Assembly: GCA_038065555.1 (NCBI GenBank)
Contig: JBBTQS010000001.1
Coordinates: forward strand, 741 to 64,740
From: Patescibacteria group bacterium
GTDB lineage: Bacteria; Patescibacteriota; Patescibacteriia; Magasanikbacterales; JBBTQS01
Reading direction: 5' to 3'
Length of the DNA stretch: 64,000 nucleotides
A model generated the notes under the pieces. The model saw only the letters and a list, made by a program, of their open reading frames with translations. It made no database searches and had not been told where the DNA came from. Position 1 is the first letter of the stretch. Each line of letters opens with the position of its first letter. The position numbers were made by a program, and so were the translations under genes. This document shows positions 8,718 to 21,700 of the stretch, piece by piece.

Positions 8718-10052
8718 ATGATCAAGAAACCAGCAGCAAAGGCAGCTCCAGTAGCGGCGCCAGAGGAGACTACGAAGAAGAAGATCAAAACACCGCAGGT
8801 GATTCGTGGCATGCGCGATATTTTGCCTGAGGACGAACCATATTGGCGACATGCGTATGAGACTGCACAGCGTGTTGCTGATGCGTATGGATTCTCGCGC
8901 ATTGAGACGCCAATTGTAGAGCCAGAAGAACTTTTTGTTCGCTCCGTTGGCAAGGCATCTGACATCGTAGAAAAAGAAATGTACTCGTTCCAGGATTCGG
9001 ACGGGGACAAGATTTGCTTGCGCCCAGAAGTAACAGCATCGTTGTGCCGCGCATACATTGCCAACGGAATGTTCGCAAAACCACAGCCGCAAAAGTTGTG
9101 GGTGTGGGGACCGATGTTCCGCCACGATCGTCCACAGGCCGGTCGATATCGCCAGTTCTATCAAGCAGACTTCGAGATCATTGGTAATGCGTCGCCAATC
9201 GTGGATGCACAGGTGATTCTCTTGACGTGGACGTTCTTCAAGGAACTTGGCATCAACGCAGAAATTCGCATCAACAGTATTGGATCTCCAGAAGACCGCA
9301 CACGATACAAAATGGAGCTCGTACAGTGGTATCGCACGCGCAAAAAGGAATTGTGCGAGAACTGTCTCAAGCGACTCGTGAAGAATCCGCTTCGATTGCT
9401 TGACTGCAAGGAGGCAGGTTGCCGTGCGCTGCGTGCTGACGCGCCACAGATTCTCGATTGGTTGAGCGCGCCATCGAAGGCGCACTTCATGGCAGTACTC
9501 GAGTACCTCGATGAGCTCGAGATCCCATATTTCCTCGATCCATTCATTGTGCGCGGACTCGATTACTACACGCACACTGTCTTTGAGTTCGTGGCAAATG
9601 ATGCAGACGATTCCAAGGCGCAGATTGCACTGTGCGGTGGTGGACGCTATGACTTGCTCGTAGAGCAGTTGGGTGGCAAGCCAACAGCAGCGTGTGGTGT
9701 GGCTCCTGGTATTGACCGTGCGGTGCTTGCGATGAAGGCGCAGAATGTTGTGCCGCCAGCTCAGCCCAAGCCACAGATTTTTGTGGCACAGCTCGGGGAG
9801 CAGGGTCGCCGTCGCGCGATCGCGCTTTATGAGAAGCTCCGCCAGGCTGGATTTGTGCTTACAGAGGCTTTTTCGAAGGAATCGTTGAAAACCCAGCTTG
9901 ACAGCGCCAACGAAAAAGGGGTACCATTTGTACTTCTGGTTGGTCAGCGCGAAGTTATGGATAATACCGTAATCATTCGTGACATGGAGTCGGGCAACCA
10001 AGAAGTCGTAGACTATCACAAAATTGTCTCCGAAATGAAAAAGAAAGTATAA
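8718..10052 (+). CDS. hisS: Histidine--tRNA ligase
   Basis: Class II aaRS motifs typical of HisRS: GMRDILPED, RYRQFYQADFEIIG, GGGRYD. ATG at 8718; the track ORF starts at TTG 8709. Confidence 0.9.
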   Translation: MIKKPAAKAAPVAAPEETTKKKIKTPQVIRGMRDILPEDEPYWRHAYETAQRVADAYGFSRIETPIVEPEELFVRSVGKASDIVEKEMYSFQDSDGDKICLRPEVTASLCRAYIANGMFAKPQPQKLWVWGPMFRHDRPQAGRYRQFYQADFEIIGNASPIVDAQVILLTWTFFKELGINAEIRINSIGSPEDRTRYKMELVQWYRTRKKELCENCLKRLVKNPLRLLDCKEAGCRALRADAPQILDWLSAPSKAHFMAVLEYLDELEIPYFLDPFIVRGLDYYTHTVFEFVANDADDSKAQIALCGGGRYDLLVEQLGGKPTAACGVAPGIDRAVLAMKAQNVVPPAQPKPQIFVAQLGEQGRRRAIALYEKLRQAGFVLTEAFSKESLKTQLDSANEKGVPFVLLVGQREVMDNTVIIRDMESGNQEVVDYHKIVSEMKKKV

Positions 10053-10078
10053 TTTTCTTGGAAAGTGAGGTGAACCCT

Positions 10079-10321
10079 ATGGTAGAAGTAAAACGCAAGA
10101 AAGGTGAAAGTTTTGAAGCGTTCATGCGCCGGTTCCGTACCGTCGTGAAGATGAGCGGTATTTCCCTCCAGGCCAAGAAGATTCAGTTCTTCGGTCGCGA
10201 GAAGAACAAAACAGCACGTAACAAATCAGCAGTCACACGCGTAGAACAGTCACAAAAGCGCGCTTGGCTCATGAAGACCGGTCAATTGAAAGAAGAAGAG
10301 CACAAAGGACGTCGCCGCTAA
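10079..10321 (+). CDS. rpsU: 30S ribosomal protein S21
   Basis: MVEVKRKKGESFEAFMRRFRT..KKIQFFGREKNKTARNKSAVTR is a basic S21-like sequence. ATG 10079 is preceded by GAGGTG 6 nt upstream. Confidence 0.8.
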   Translation: MVEVKRKKGESFEAFMRRFRTVVKMSGISLQAKKIQFFGREKNKTARNKSAVTRVEQSQKRAWLMKTGQLKEEEHKGRRR

Positions 10322-10344
10322 GGTACGTACGAGCTCTGGCTCAC

Positions 10345-10378
10345 GAAAAACAACTTCGCAAGAAGTTGTTTTTCGTTG
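10345..10378 (+). terminator. Rho-independent terminator after rpsU
   Basis: Hairpin GAAAAACAACTTC-gcaa-GAAGTTGTTTTTC followed by a T-rich tract. Confidence 0.5.
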
Positions 10379-10409
10379 TATACTAGTGCCATCATCTTTA
10401 TCCACTGCT

Positions 10410-10853
10410 ATGGCACTCCTCTTGCAGATCGAAACCGATATTGTTGCAGCGATGCGCGCAAAAAGTGAACAGGAACTCTCGACACTTCGCCTGATGAAGA
10501 CCTCACTCAAGAATCGCGAGATTGAATTGCGTGCGGCAGGCAAAGAACTCACCGACGAGGAAGCGATGAAGACACTCAAGACACAGGTGAAGCAATTGAA
10601 GGATGCGCAGAGTGAGTATGCAGCCGCAGGCCGCGCTGATTTGGCAGCACAAGCAACAACGGAGATTGCGCTTGTGCAAAAGTATCTTCCAGAGGAGCTG
10701 TCTGATGAAGCGATTCGTGGTATAATCTCAGAGGTGATCGCTGCAACCGCAACACCATCGATCGCAACATGTATGGGGCCAGTCATGGCTCGTACTGCAG
10801 GGCGAGCTGATGGTGCGCGAGTGCGCACACTCCTTGAGCAACTCCTCGCATGA
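10410..10853 (+). CDS. GatB/YqeY domain-containing protein
   Basis: MALLLQIETDIVAAMRAKSEQELSTLRLMKTSLKNREIEL...LVQKYLPEELSDEAIRGII resembles the YqeY / GatB C-terminal domain family. ATG at 10410. Confidence 0.75.
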   Translation: MALLLQIETDIVAAMRAKSEQELSTLRLMKTSLKNREIELRAAGKELTDEEAMKTLKTQVKQLKDAQSEYAAAGRADLAAQATTEIALVQKYLPEELSDEAIRGIISEVIAATATPSIATCMGPVMARTAGRADGARVRTLLEQLLA

Positions 10854-12727
10854 ATTCTATGCATCGCCTTCGTTCAGTGCTTTCCACGGGCCTCCTTGTT
10901 GTAGGTCTCGTGTTTCTTTTTTTACCAGATCCAACGCTCGCACAAATTGATACACAGCTCACAGGATTTCAAGAGGCAACAGGATTAGGGAATACAGATA
11001 TTCGCGTGACGATCGCGAATATTGTGCGCGTGATTCTCGGGTTCCTAGGTATCATCGCTATTTTGCTTGTGCTCTACGGTGGATTCCTGTGGATGACGGC
11101 GGCAGGGAATGAGGATCAAATCGGCAAAGCAAAGAAAGTACTCATCAATGCAGGTATTGGTTTGCTCATCATCATGTCCGCGTTCGCTATTACGCAATTT
11201 GTGCTCACGAAGTTGCAAGAGGCGACAGGTACTGATCTTCTAGGCGGCGGTGTGGGATCCGCGGGGGCAGGTGGAGGATTCCGGAGCTCTGCAGCATTGG
11301 GAACAACGATCGAATCGCACTATCCAGAACGCAATGAGAAGAATGTCCCACGCAACGCGCCTATTGTTATTACGTTCAAGATCGCAGTAGATCCTGCGTC
11401 GATCATGACGCTTGCGAAGGACAAGACAACGGCACTGGGCACTCCGCAGGATGCTGGTGCAGGATTGCCACCGAAGTATGATGATCTCAAAACAGACGTC
11501 ATTCGCATCTATCCAGTCACAGGCGCACTCAAGGACAAGAAGATCGAGGAGAAGTCTGTTGCAGCATTTGTATCCATGACTCCTGATCAGAAGACGTTCA
11601 TGTTCGAGCCAGTGGTGTTGCTCGGTTCGAGTGCAGAGCAGACCGAGTATCGTGTAGAGCTCTCAGGCGCGATCATGAACAGCAAGGGCAAACCACTTTT
11701 TGGCAATACAAAGAATCCATACGATTGGAACTTCACAGTTTCGACGCTTGTGGATAACACGCCACCAAAGGTGACTGGTGCTTTCCCAGCCATGAGCACC
11801 ACCAAAGACACTCCACGCAACATCGCAGTGATGATCAACTTCAACGAGCCTATTTTCCCAATCGCGGCTTCGGGCAAGGTTGCAGATGGGTTCAACAATC
11901 TCGTTGTTGGTGAAGTACAAGGAGGAAACACGATCAAGCCAACACTTGGAACCTTCCGAATCACGAACAATTACCGCACGATTGAATTCCAAGCAGACGA
12001 CGCGAGCAATTCGTGTGGCAAGAACACGTGTGGCAAAGAGATTTATTGCCTTCCAGGACCTGCACAGATGCAAGTACTTGCGCGCGCTGCAGAGCTGAAG
12101 TCTCCAGGGAGCACGGATCCAGCAGCAAAGATTAATTTGCTCGCATCTCCTGCAACGCTTGGACTCACGGGTGTTGTGGATATGGCGAAGAATTCGCTCG
12201 ATGGCGGTGGACTCAACGCTGCAAATGCAGATGGCAAGGCGCAAGGACCTACTGCGGACAACTTCTACTTCTTGTTCCGCACCTCTGGGGAGAAGGACGT
12301 TATTATTCCACGCATTCTCTCTGCAGATCCAGGCATTCTCAAGGATGGGGTAGCTGTGGATGCACAGCCCAAGATTCAGTTCAGTAAGCCGATGCTCTAC
12401 AGCACATTTAGTGATGTGATGTTGTACGCTGATCCTGTGAGCAATGGTGTTGGATTCTCTAAGAATTTCACCGAATCTGCTATGGGTGAGGACAATCCAG
12501 CGAGCAAGTTCTACGACACGCAAAGTGCGGTGACCCTCTACCACGGAACTGCATTTGCACCAGAGGCCAAATATTCTCCACACCTTCCATCGACCATCAT
12601 GGATGCAGCATACAATTGTATGTATCCAGCGGTGGACACCATGGGGTGTAAGGATACGGACGCAAGCAAGCCGTGGTGCTGCAACGGTAATGCGTCTGCG
12701 AGTGCGTGTATTCCATCAGGATCCTAG
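10850..12727 (+). CDS. Surface protein with N-terminal TrbC/VirB2-like (T4SS pilin-like) domain and Ig-like extracellular region
   Basis: Signal peptide (MNSMHRLRSVLSTGLLVVGLVFLFLPDPTLAQ). Pilin-like module LGFLGIIAILLVLYGGFLWMTAAGNEDQIGKAKKVLINAGIGLLIIMSAFAITQFVL with two TM helices. An extracellular domain of about 480 aa follows, with a Cys-rich C-terminus. The start overlaps the yqeY stop (ATGA). Confidence 0.85.
   Translation: MNSMHRLRSVLSTGLLVVGLVFLFLPDPTLAQIDTQLTGFQEATGLGNTDIRVTIANIVRVILGFLGIIAILLVLYGGFLWMTAAGNEDQIGKAKKVLINAGIGLLIIMSAFAITQFVLTKLQEATGTDLLGGGVGSAGAGGGFRSSAALGTTIESHYPERNEKNVPRNAPIVITFKIAVDPASIMTLAKDKTTALGTPQDAGAGLPPKYDDLKTDVIRIYPVTGALKDKKIEEKSVAAFVSMTPDQKTFMFEPVVLLGSSAEQTEYRVELSGAIMNSKGKPLFGNTKNPYDWNFTVSTLVDNTPPKVTGAFPAMSTTKDTPRNIAVMINFNEPIFPIAASGKVADGFNNLVVGEVQGGNTIKPTLGTFRITNNYRTIEFQADDASNSCGKNTCGKEIYCLPGPAQMQVLARAAELKSPGSTDPAAKINLLASPATLGLTGVVDMAKNSLDGGGLNAANADGKAQGPTADNFYFLFRTSGEKDVIIPRILSADPGILKDGVAVDAQPKIQFSKPMLYSTFSDVMLYADPVSNGVGFSKNFTESAMGEDNPASKFYDTQSAVTLYHGTAFAPEAKYSPHLPSTIMDAAYNCMYPAVDTMGCKDTDASKPWCCNGNASASACIPSGS
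10946..11232 (+). repeat. Paralogous pilin-domain module, copy 1 (about 78% nt identity to 12836..13122)
   Basis: Runs of identical nucleotides, e.g. gtgctctacggYggattcctStggatgacggc, ctcatcaatgcaggtat, attacgcaatttgtgct. Confidence 0.7.
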
Positions 12728-12739
12728 TCTCCGACTTCT

Positions 12740-15700
12740 ATGCTTCGATCATTTTTCCGTCAACTCGCATTCCTCGGTATAGCCGCGACATTGGTCGCGG
12801 CAACTGCCGTTTTCACCGAGCCAACTGCAGTGTATGCGCAGGTGGACACTGAGCTGACCAACTTCCAGGAGTCTACGGGGTTAGGTAACACCGACATTCG
12901 CGTTACAATTGGTAATGTGGTGCGTGTAGTACTCGGATTCCTCGGTATTATTGCAGTGTGTCTCGTGCTCTACGGCGGATTCCTCTGGATGACGGCTGCG
13001 GGAAATGAGGACCAGGTAGCGAGTGCGAAGAAGGTGCTCATCAATGCAGGTATCGGACTGGTTATTATCATGTCCTCATTTGCGATTACGCAATTTGTGC
13101 TTTCGAATTTGCAAGAAGCTACGGGAACTGGGACAGGATCTGGTTCGAGTGATGGTATCGGGGGTTCTGGTGGCTCTGGCGGATCGGGGAGTGGCTCGGG
13201 TGGACTCAAATCGTTTGTCGTTCGTTCTATCAGCCCTCGCGAGACGCTGCCGAACAAGAACGTCACCTTGCATATTGTTTTTTCAGAAAATGTTGCAAAT
13301 ACGAATCTCGAGAAGAGCATCACGGTTCGCAAGAATGGTGAGACGACACTCGTTCCAGTGACGGTGAATGCGCAGGGATCCAGAGTAACCGTGAAGGCAA
13401 CAACGCCGTGTGCTGAAGCACGTGGATCATTCTGCTTTGACGGTGACACGCAGTACACAATTGAAATCGCTGGGGGCAAAGATGGTGTGCAAAGCAGCAG
13501 TGGCAAGGCCCTTCTTTGTGGCGTAGGAAATGAGTGTAACGCGCGTTTCAAAACCGGAAATGCGGTTGATACCCAAGCACCAACGGTTACCATCACCTCA
13601 CCAACAGGCGGCGCACTTGTAGCACAGGCACCTGCAACCAACATTCAGGCGCTGGTGGGCGATGATCTCGGTATTTCGTTAGTAGAATTCATGGTGGATG
13701 GAACGGTTGTCGACAGCAAGGCCGTAGTTGCAATGCAGTCATTGCCAGTAACCGTGAGCAGTAATGCGTGGGACGCAAGTGCACTCGCACTCAACTCCAG
13801 TCACACCATTACAGTGCGTGTCTACGATGTAAATGATCACAACACGCTTTCGTCATCTGTTACCGTTCGCATCGTGCCATCATATTGCTTTGATGGTCAG
13901 CAAACACCGAACACTGATGAAATTGGTCGCGATTGCAGCCCTAAGGGCGGTGCATGTGGACAGTGTGATGGTGGCTGTACTGACAACACGCAGTGCGCAA
14001 GCGGTACGTGTGCAGTTCCTGCTGCAGGTGGCGACAAACAATGTCTCAATCTCCCGACGATCACAGGTGTGAGCCCAGGAAATGGCGGAGAAGGACAGTG
14101 GGTCACAGTACAGGGCAAATTTTTTGGAAATTCTGGAACAGTGAGTTTCTTGAACCCCGATGGTTCGGCAGCAAAAATTGTTGCTCCGCTTGCACAGTGT
14201 ACAGGCGGGAGTTCTGCATGGACTGACCGCGCCATTGTCCTCGAAGTTCCGAAGGGGCTGACTCCAGGAACTGCGTATCCAATTCTCGTAGAGACTTCAG
14301 CATCATCCGATGCGACCAATGATGATCGTGGACCGAAGTTTGACGGCGTGTTCATGGTCAAGGAACAGTCGGGTCCTACGCCAGGAATTTGTTCGATCAC
14401 TCCAGCATCGGGCAAAGCAGGTTCGACCGTGATGATCCATGGCAAGAATTTCCCTGCAGATCAGGCAACAATGAAATTGCGATTCGGTGGAGTAGAAGGA
14501 ACGCTCGCACCACGTCAGCAGCAGACAACATTCGCAAGTGGTCAGGTTCCTAACGTTGCTCCGGGTACGTATGCAACGGATTTCGTTGTTGGTGGTGTAG
14601 CGAGTAACGCGGTTCCATTCACCGTGAGTGGCGATGGAGCAAAGCCTGCACCAAGTATTATTTCGTTGAGTTTGGACAAGGGTGCGGTGAGACAGTACAT
14701 CACCATTAAGGGAAGTAATTTCGGTGAGTTCCAGAATTTGATCAAGTTCATTCGTCTCAATGACCAACTCGTGCCAACAGACGAAGTGACCTACGGTGAT
14801 TTCAGTTTTCCAAAACAGTGTGCGACGGTTGGTACGTGGAGTGACGCGTCTGTTGTCGTGAAGGTGCCACAGGTTGTGGATGGTAAGTATCATATAGTCG
14901 TTGTGCGCTCAGATAGCGACAACGACGTGAGCAACAATGAGAGTAATCGCGTTGTATTCACAGTGAATCGTGATCCACTCACGCCAGGTTTGTGTGCACT
15001 TGTTCCAGATAACGGACCAACAGGTCTTGCGGTTTCGCTCTACGGTGATGGATTTGGTGCTACTCCTGGAGCCGTTCTCTTCCAGAAAGACAGTATCTAT
15101 AATGGCGTTGCATCTCGTTGGTCGCAGAGTACTGTCGGTGCAGCAGTGCCTTCTTCTGCTACAACAGGCGAAGTCGTAGTACGCTCGGATGCTGGTACAA
15201 GGAGCAACCCACAGATTTTCACGGTCCAGAACTGTAACCAAAAGCCAGGGGTGTGTGGTGGGAACGAACAGTGCTGTGGCAATGGTGCATGTATTCCGCG
15301 CACCGACGCATCCACAGGCAAGGCACTCTCGTGTACGTCATACAACGTTCCAGAAGCCAGCTATACATTCTCATTCTACACAGGCAAGGGAGACTTCGAT
15401 CCGAATAATTATCCACCAGCAGTTGTTGAGGAGTGTGTGGGTGGCAAACTCCCATCTCCAACGCCATGGATCAAGCATCCAGGTGGCGATGGTGCGTGCG
15501 TGAATGCGCTTCTTGGTGTGAAGTTCACGATTCCACTTGACCAGGCGACGCTCACGTACGATCGTGGTCGCAACTCGACAGTCTTGTTGTTCGCGTGTAA
15601 GGACGCAGCATGTGCTGAGGTGGAGGATGCGCCAGTTGCTATCGATCCAACGACATTCAATTACAGCGATCTTGCTGACAGCGATGGTTCGAAGAACAGC

Positions 15701-18700
15701 ATTCAGAGTTACTTGAGCTTTGCGCCCAAGTCACCACTCACGCCACGCACAACCTACATGGTAGTGCTGACAGACAAGATCACAGGTCAGATGAACGGAA
15801 TGTCTATGGTGCCAAACCCTGCGAAGTGTGGTGGCACTGCAGCAGCGTCTTTTGGTGCGTACTGCTATACGTTCAAGGTTTCGGATACTGGACTCTCATG
15901 TACACTCGGTGCAGTAGATGTTTCACCAGCGAAGTTCAATGTCGGTGATCCAAACATGATTTCGGAGAGTAGTAAATATGCATTGTCACCTGTACCATTC
16001 TGGGAAGTCGCAGAGGACGGAACCAAGACCAAGAAGTTCGGTCCACTCGAGTGGTCAGCACTGGGTATTGCAAAGAACTCCAAGTGTATTCTTGTGAACG
16101 CGTGTGGTGCAGATTCGAGCTGGACATGGGCGAGCCAACATACTGATGTTGGTGTGCCTTCTGGTGTTCCATCTGGCGCACAGTGCAAGCGGTATATGAA
16201 GGTAACAGGTGAGAGCGCAAAGACAGTTTCGGAGACTGGTGCTGTAAGTGTTGTTCCAACAGAGGTCACGGCAACGGAGAACACAAGCAAGCTCGCAGAC
16301 AAATCACTCTTCACCGTCAACTACGGAGCACCAACAGTGCTCGAGCAGTGTGGCGGAACCATTCAGAGCCCATCTCCATGGGACAAGCGCCAGGGTGGTA
16401 CTAATGTGTGTGTTAACGCGATCGTGAACATCGTGTTCTCACAGCGCATGGACCAGTCGTCATTTGCTGGCAACCCCGTTGAGATCCGCAAGTGTACTGG
16501 TACTGGAGCAAATCCATGTGCAACAACGAGTGAGCCGCTCTCAACAGTAGCAACATTCAAGACCAAGGACGATCAGCACGATGGACTCTCTGTAGCACTT
16601 GTTGGCAATCAGTTTTTCGACAAAGCAACAACATATCGTGTTGGCGTTCGTTCGACGCTCAAGGGTGCAACGGGAGTGCAAATGGAACAGCGCCCAGGAT
16701 GTAATCCAGGCGAGTCCTATTGCTATAGTTTCCGCACACGAGACGACGACAAGGCGTGTGAAGTAGACAAGGTGCAAGTGGCTCCTGATACGCAATCCAC
16801 CTACGCACTTGGATTAGTGCGCGACAAGAAAGGTGTGGCTGTGCCTTACGAGGCAGAAGCTGTTTCGTCTGATTCCTGTGTACTGCTCAACGCAAACGCA
16901 TACCAGTGGAACTGGGCTGCACAAGCGCCATACGCTGCTGTGTACGCAGTTGCAGAACAAAAAACATACACCACGCTCACCAACAGCGGTCCTTCGCAGC
17001 AAATGTGGGCACAGTTGCCAACCACTGGTCGCGCACCAGCAGAAATTCAAGTCGCGCTTGCTGGGAGCACCAAAGTTGCCAACAGCACACTTGCTATCAA
17101 TCTCTTGCCTCCAACAATTTTGAGCAATGAGCCTTCTTGCACAAGCGCATGTTCCAACGTGCAGATCAGCGCGACATTCAGTCAAGAAATGGACACAGCG
17201 TCATTTGGCTTGGGAACAGCGACACCTTCTGTTGCAGTGCTCAAGTGTACAAATGAATCCTGCTTGTTCCCAACTGACGCCGCTGGTGCGCTCACAGCAG
17301 AAGCGTTTGCTGCACAGATTCCACTGCAACTCGAGCCACAATCTGGTGTGTATGATGATCTTACGACGCAGACAGGAACCTCATATTTGATGGCACTCGC
17401 ACATGAGACACTACTTCCAAATACGTATTATCGTGCAGTTGTTCGCGTGGGTGATAAGGGTGTATTTACGAGCGATACCAAATCGACAATCGCTCTCACA
17501 TCACTCAATGAATCGCGCCGCTATCCAGCAGGAATGGCTGCGTATTACTCATGGACATTCAAGACACGTCCAGATGGTAGTGTTTGTACGGTAGCAAACG
17601 CAGAACTTCGTCCGAAGGAAACAGTAGTGCAGGCCTCGGGTCTCATCAGTGAAGTGGCAGTGTTTGCGAAGAGTGCTGCTGATGTGTGCAGCGCTGGCGG
17701 TCAGACACTTCAGGCAAGCGATTACTCGTGGCAGTGGAACATTGCTAATACTTCTGTTGCGCAATTCCTCAACGGCACAGCAGCTGACACTGCAGACGCA
17801 ACCGCAGGCGGCGCATGTACTGCACGCTGTGTTGCGCGCGGAACCGTTGCGGCAGGAACACCAGTATGTGGTAACAGTGTGAAGGAGTCTGGCGAATCAT
17901 GTGATGACAGTAATGCACTCTCCGGTGATGGCTGCAGCAACCGATGTCTTGTAGAACCTTCGGTGCGCATTCAGCAAGGAGGAACGTGTGGTAACAACAA
18001 GGTAGAGTCTGGTGAGTTGTGTGATGGTCAGCCTGGATGTAACCAAGGAACGTGTACATGGATGGGAGCATCTGCGGGGCTTGCGGTGTGTGGCAACGGA
18101 GATATTGGCGCAGGTGAGGAATGTGATGGTGGCTTGTATTGCACCAGCTCCTGTCTCTTGAAGGGGTCTACTCCAGGTGCGGCAGTGTGTGGTGACGGCA
18201 ACCTTCAGCCTGGTGAGGATGCATATTGTGAAGAATTCTGGCACGCAAATGGTCCTGGCGCTACAAGTTCCGCATGTACCAATACGTGTGTGTTGCGCGG
18301 CGGACTCACCGAGGAGAACAAGCAAGGCGGAGCGTTTTGTGGCAATGGCACAGTCGAGCCACAAACAGGCGAAGCGTGTGATGATGGCAATGCGCTCTCC
18401 GGCGATGGATGCTCGCTCAAGTGTTTGCACGAAGGTGCAGCAACCACATATGCGCAACCATCTGTCTGTGGCAACGGCTCGGCAGAAACCGGCGAATCAC
18501 CAAGTTGTGAGATCGTAGGAGCCAATGCAACAGCGGGGGATGGTAAGATTGATGCAACACAGTTCATCCGCGGACTTTCTGGTGGGGCTGTCAGCAAGAA
18601 TAATCGTCGCGAAACTGCAATTACCGCTGCGGTAGCACAGACAAATGCAGTAGCCGAAGGAACCTACGCAATTCAGTGTGGTTACACTGCTGATTCACAG

Positions 18701-21700
18701 TGCCCAGCAGGCGCTGGAGTTGGTGCTGATTCCTGCTGCTACGCACGTCCACGCGTACTCACAGAGACAGCATTACCTGCTTCTGGTTCGGCTGCAGTAT
18801 GTCGCAACGCGCTCATCACGATTGAGTTCAACGAGCAAATTGATCCTGCGACAGTGAACACGTCGACCGTTCGACTCTTTGTGCAGAGTGCGACAGCAGA
18901 CGCGTGTACAAAGAATGGCGGAACGGTTATTGCACAATCACTCATCAATCCAGATGATCCATGGTACCGACGTGCGTGGTTTACCATGGTCAATGAAGTA
19001 CGTGGATGGTTCGATGCAGCGCCTGCGTACGCAGCAGTGAATTGCGGATATTATTTCAACGCTGAGCTCGCAGACTTGCAGAACATTGGCAGTGGCAGCG
19101 TCGGTGTACGCTCCAAGCTCTTCATCACGCCAACTGAGCTGTTGGGTGAGAAGCAAGTGTATACTGTCGAAATCACACAAGCTGTTCGCAACATGATGGG
19201 TGTGCGTATCGCTGAGGCGTACACATGGAAGTTCACTACAGGCAAGACATTGTGCACACTTGCTGCTGTTGACGTAGAACCAGCAACGCACGTGTTCACA
19301 AGCACTGGTCCTTCGAGTAATGCAAATATGATTGCAACTGCATACGCGAAGCAGGGAAATGATTTCACGCCAATTGTTTCGACAAGCAAGTATGCATGGT
19401 CGTGGGCGTGGAAGGTGACTCATGCTGATCGCGCTGTGATCACTTCCCAGAACAACACGAAGGCAGTAGCAGCTCCTGGACCAAAGCGTGGTGAAACCAC
19501 GATTCGCGCAACTGCAACAGTAACAACAGACTTGATTAGTCCTGCGCCAACAACTGGCGGCTCGTTGCAGGGATTTGGTGCCCTGGTGAATGCAAATTGT
19601 GATGTCCCATGGCCAGATGCAACAACGAAGATTGGCAATAATCCAGTTTCGTTCCCATACGCAGATCGAGACATGCACTTCTCGCTGTGGTACTGCCGTG
19701 GCAATTTGCCAACGACAGATACTCCAGCTCCGAAGGTGTTGCCAGCATTCCAGCTCTATCGTCCAACAGAAAAGGTCACAGCAGGAACAGAACTCTTGTC
19801 CTCACTCTTGTTGCGCCATCCAAGTGCAGGGGACGCTATTGGGTTGCGCGTGTACAGCAACGTAGAAGGATTGTCTCCAATGGACTGGTACGCAAAGCAA
19901 GGATTCAGTGGCAAGCCATCAGCAACAACGCTTGCAGGATACGAAGCAATTCAAGATGGTACGACGTATTACATTGCATTCGTGAATGTGAGCAATCCTA
20001 CTGGCAGTTACGTATGGCCTGAGACGATACATCCGCGCAATCGCAATTCGAAGTACGTCAACATCTTGGCGATTTCGCACAATCAGGACGCAACTCCAGA
20101 GACAAAAGCAGTGTTCGCACAGCTCCTCGAGAACCTCAAGTTCTCAACTAATATCGAGGCGAAGTGGAATCAGGGTGTGTGTGCTGTGGTGGGCGCAAAT
20201 GGTGCCGTTGGTCAGACAACATTCGGTACTAATCCTGCACGCGAGATCTCGTGCTCCTCACGCCTCGACTGTGTGAACAACAAGGAAAAGATTGCAGTCC
20301 CTGCAGCAGTAGAATGTCTTGCATTCAACGAGCAGTTGAGCCGAGACGCTGTGCGTTGGTCTGATCTGCGTGAAATTCAAGGTGCCGTCACTGGATTCAA
20401 GGCGCAGTATGGATCCGCACCAACCCTTGGCCAAGGAACGTATGTTCCATCCATGGCGGTGAGTGCGTGGGATTCGTGGAACACGGTGTTTGGAAAGCAA
20501 ATTGGCGATTCTTCGCTTCCTCAGGATCCAATCAACGCGTTCGCTGCTGGGTGTGAAGGTGACGCTGCAACCTGTTGGAATGGCGCGACGTCCAAGTACA
20601 TGTGTACTGCAGGTTCGCATGTGTATTCCTACACAACATCGAAGAATGCAGCAGGGTTCAAGCTCGGTGTCGATTTCGAAACCATCAAGGATTCTTCGCA
20701 GCGTTGGAATAACGTTGTTGCAAGTGCGTACCAGGTGTACGGCAATTGCACGGGTGTTCCAATGGCAGCAGGCGGCATCTGTGGAGATGGAATTCTCAAT
20801 CTCACTGAGCAGTGTGAAGCGGGACAAATGATCGGAGCAGTGGGTGGTATTACAGATCCAAATGCGCAGACGTGTACGGTGTCTGACGCAAAGGGTAATA
20901 CATACCCAGGTGCGTATATCTACAGCTGTCCGAAGTCCTGTCAGTACTATTCTGCAGCAGAACTCAAGAGTAACAAGATTGCGTGTCAGCCACTGGGTAG
21001 CTGTGGTGATGGTGTGATGAACGGCAACGAAATGTGTGACGATGGATCACTCAACGGATCATACAACCACTGCGCGAGTGATTGCCGCTCCAAGATGAGT
21101 GCGGCAGGTCGTTGTGGTGATGGTGTTCTCCAAAAAGAGCAAGGTGAAATGTGTGATGTTACACGCTGTGAATACACGAATGTACAGTGCTCGACGACAG
21201 AAACGAGCAACTCGTGTCCAGTGGTGATGGCACATATGTCGAGTACTATTTATCCAGGGATGGTGTACTTGCGGTACGGCGCCAATGGCAAGGCACAGGG
21301 TGAAACGCTCAAATATTTCTCGAAGTCCACTGCGACAAAAGATTTCCCTGTCGGCACACAGTTGAAATGCCTAGGTGCACAGACAACATATGCACCGACT
21401 CAGGCCAAGTCTTGTAACTGGGACTGTCTCTCCTATGGACCGTACTGTGGAGATGGTGTGAAGAATGGAACGGAGAAGTGTGATGGAACACAAATGTCTG
21501 ATGAAGCGTGTACAACTGCACAAGGATTGCCTGGAACCGTTGCGTACACCTGTACCGCGTCATGCTCTGCGAGGAGCAAGACGTGCGTAGCGAAGCCACT
21601 TGCTGGTGGCGCATCGAGCGCTCCAGTGTGTGGTGATGGCGTGAGACAGGGGGATGAAGGTTGTGATAGTGGTACGAACAATGGTGATGGATGTACGGCG

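Noticed and set aside
8550-10019. 489-aa minus-strand ORF spanning hisS
   Set aside because: It is fully antisense to hisS, which carries unambiguous class-II aaRS motifs. There is no independent support.
11663-12583. 306-aa minus-strand ORF inside the 625-aa pilin-module gene
   Set aside because: Antisense shadow ORF. The plus-strand frame has a signal peptide and a conserved module.
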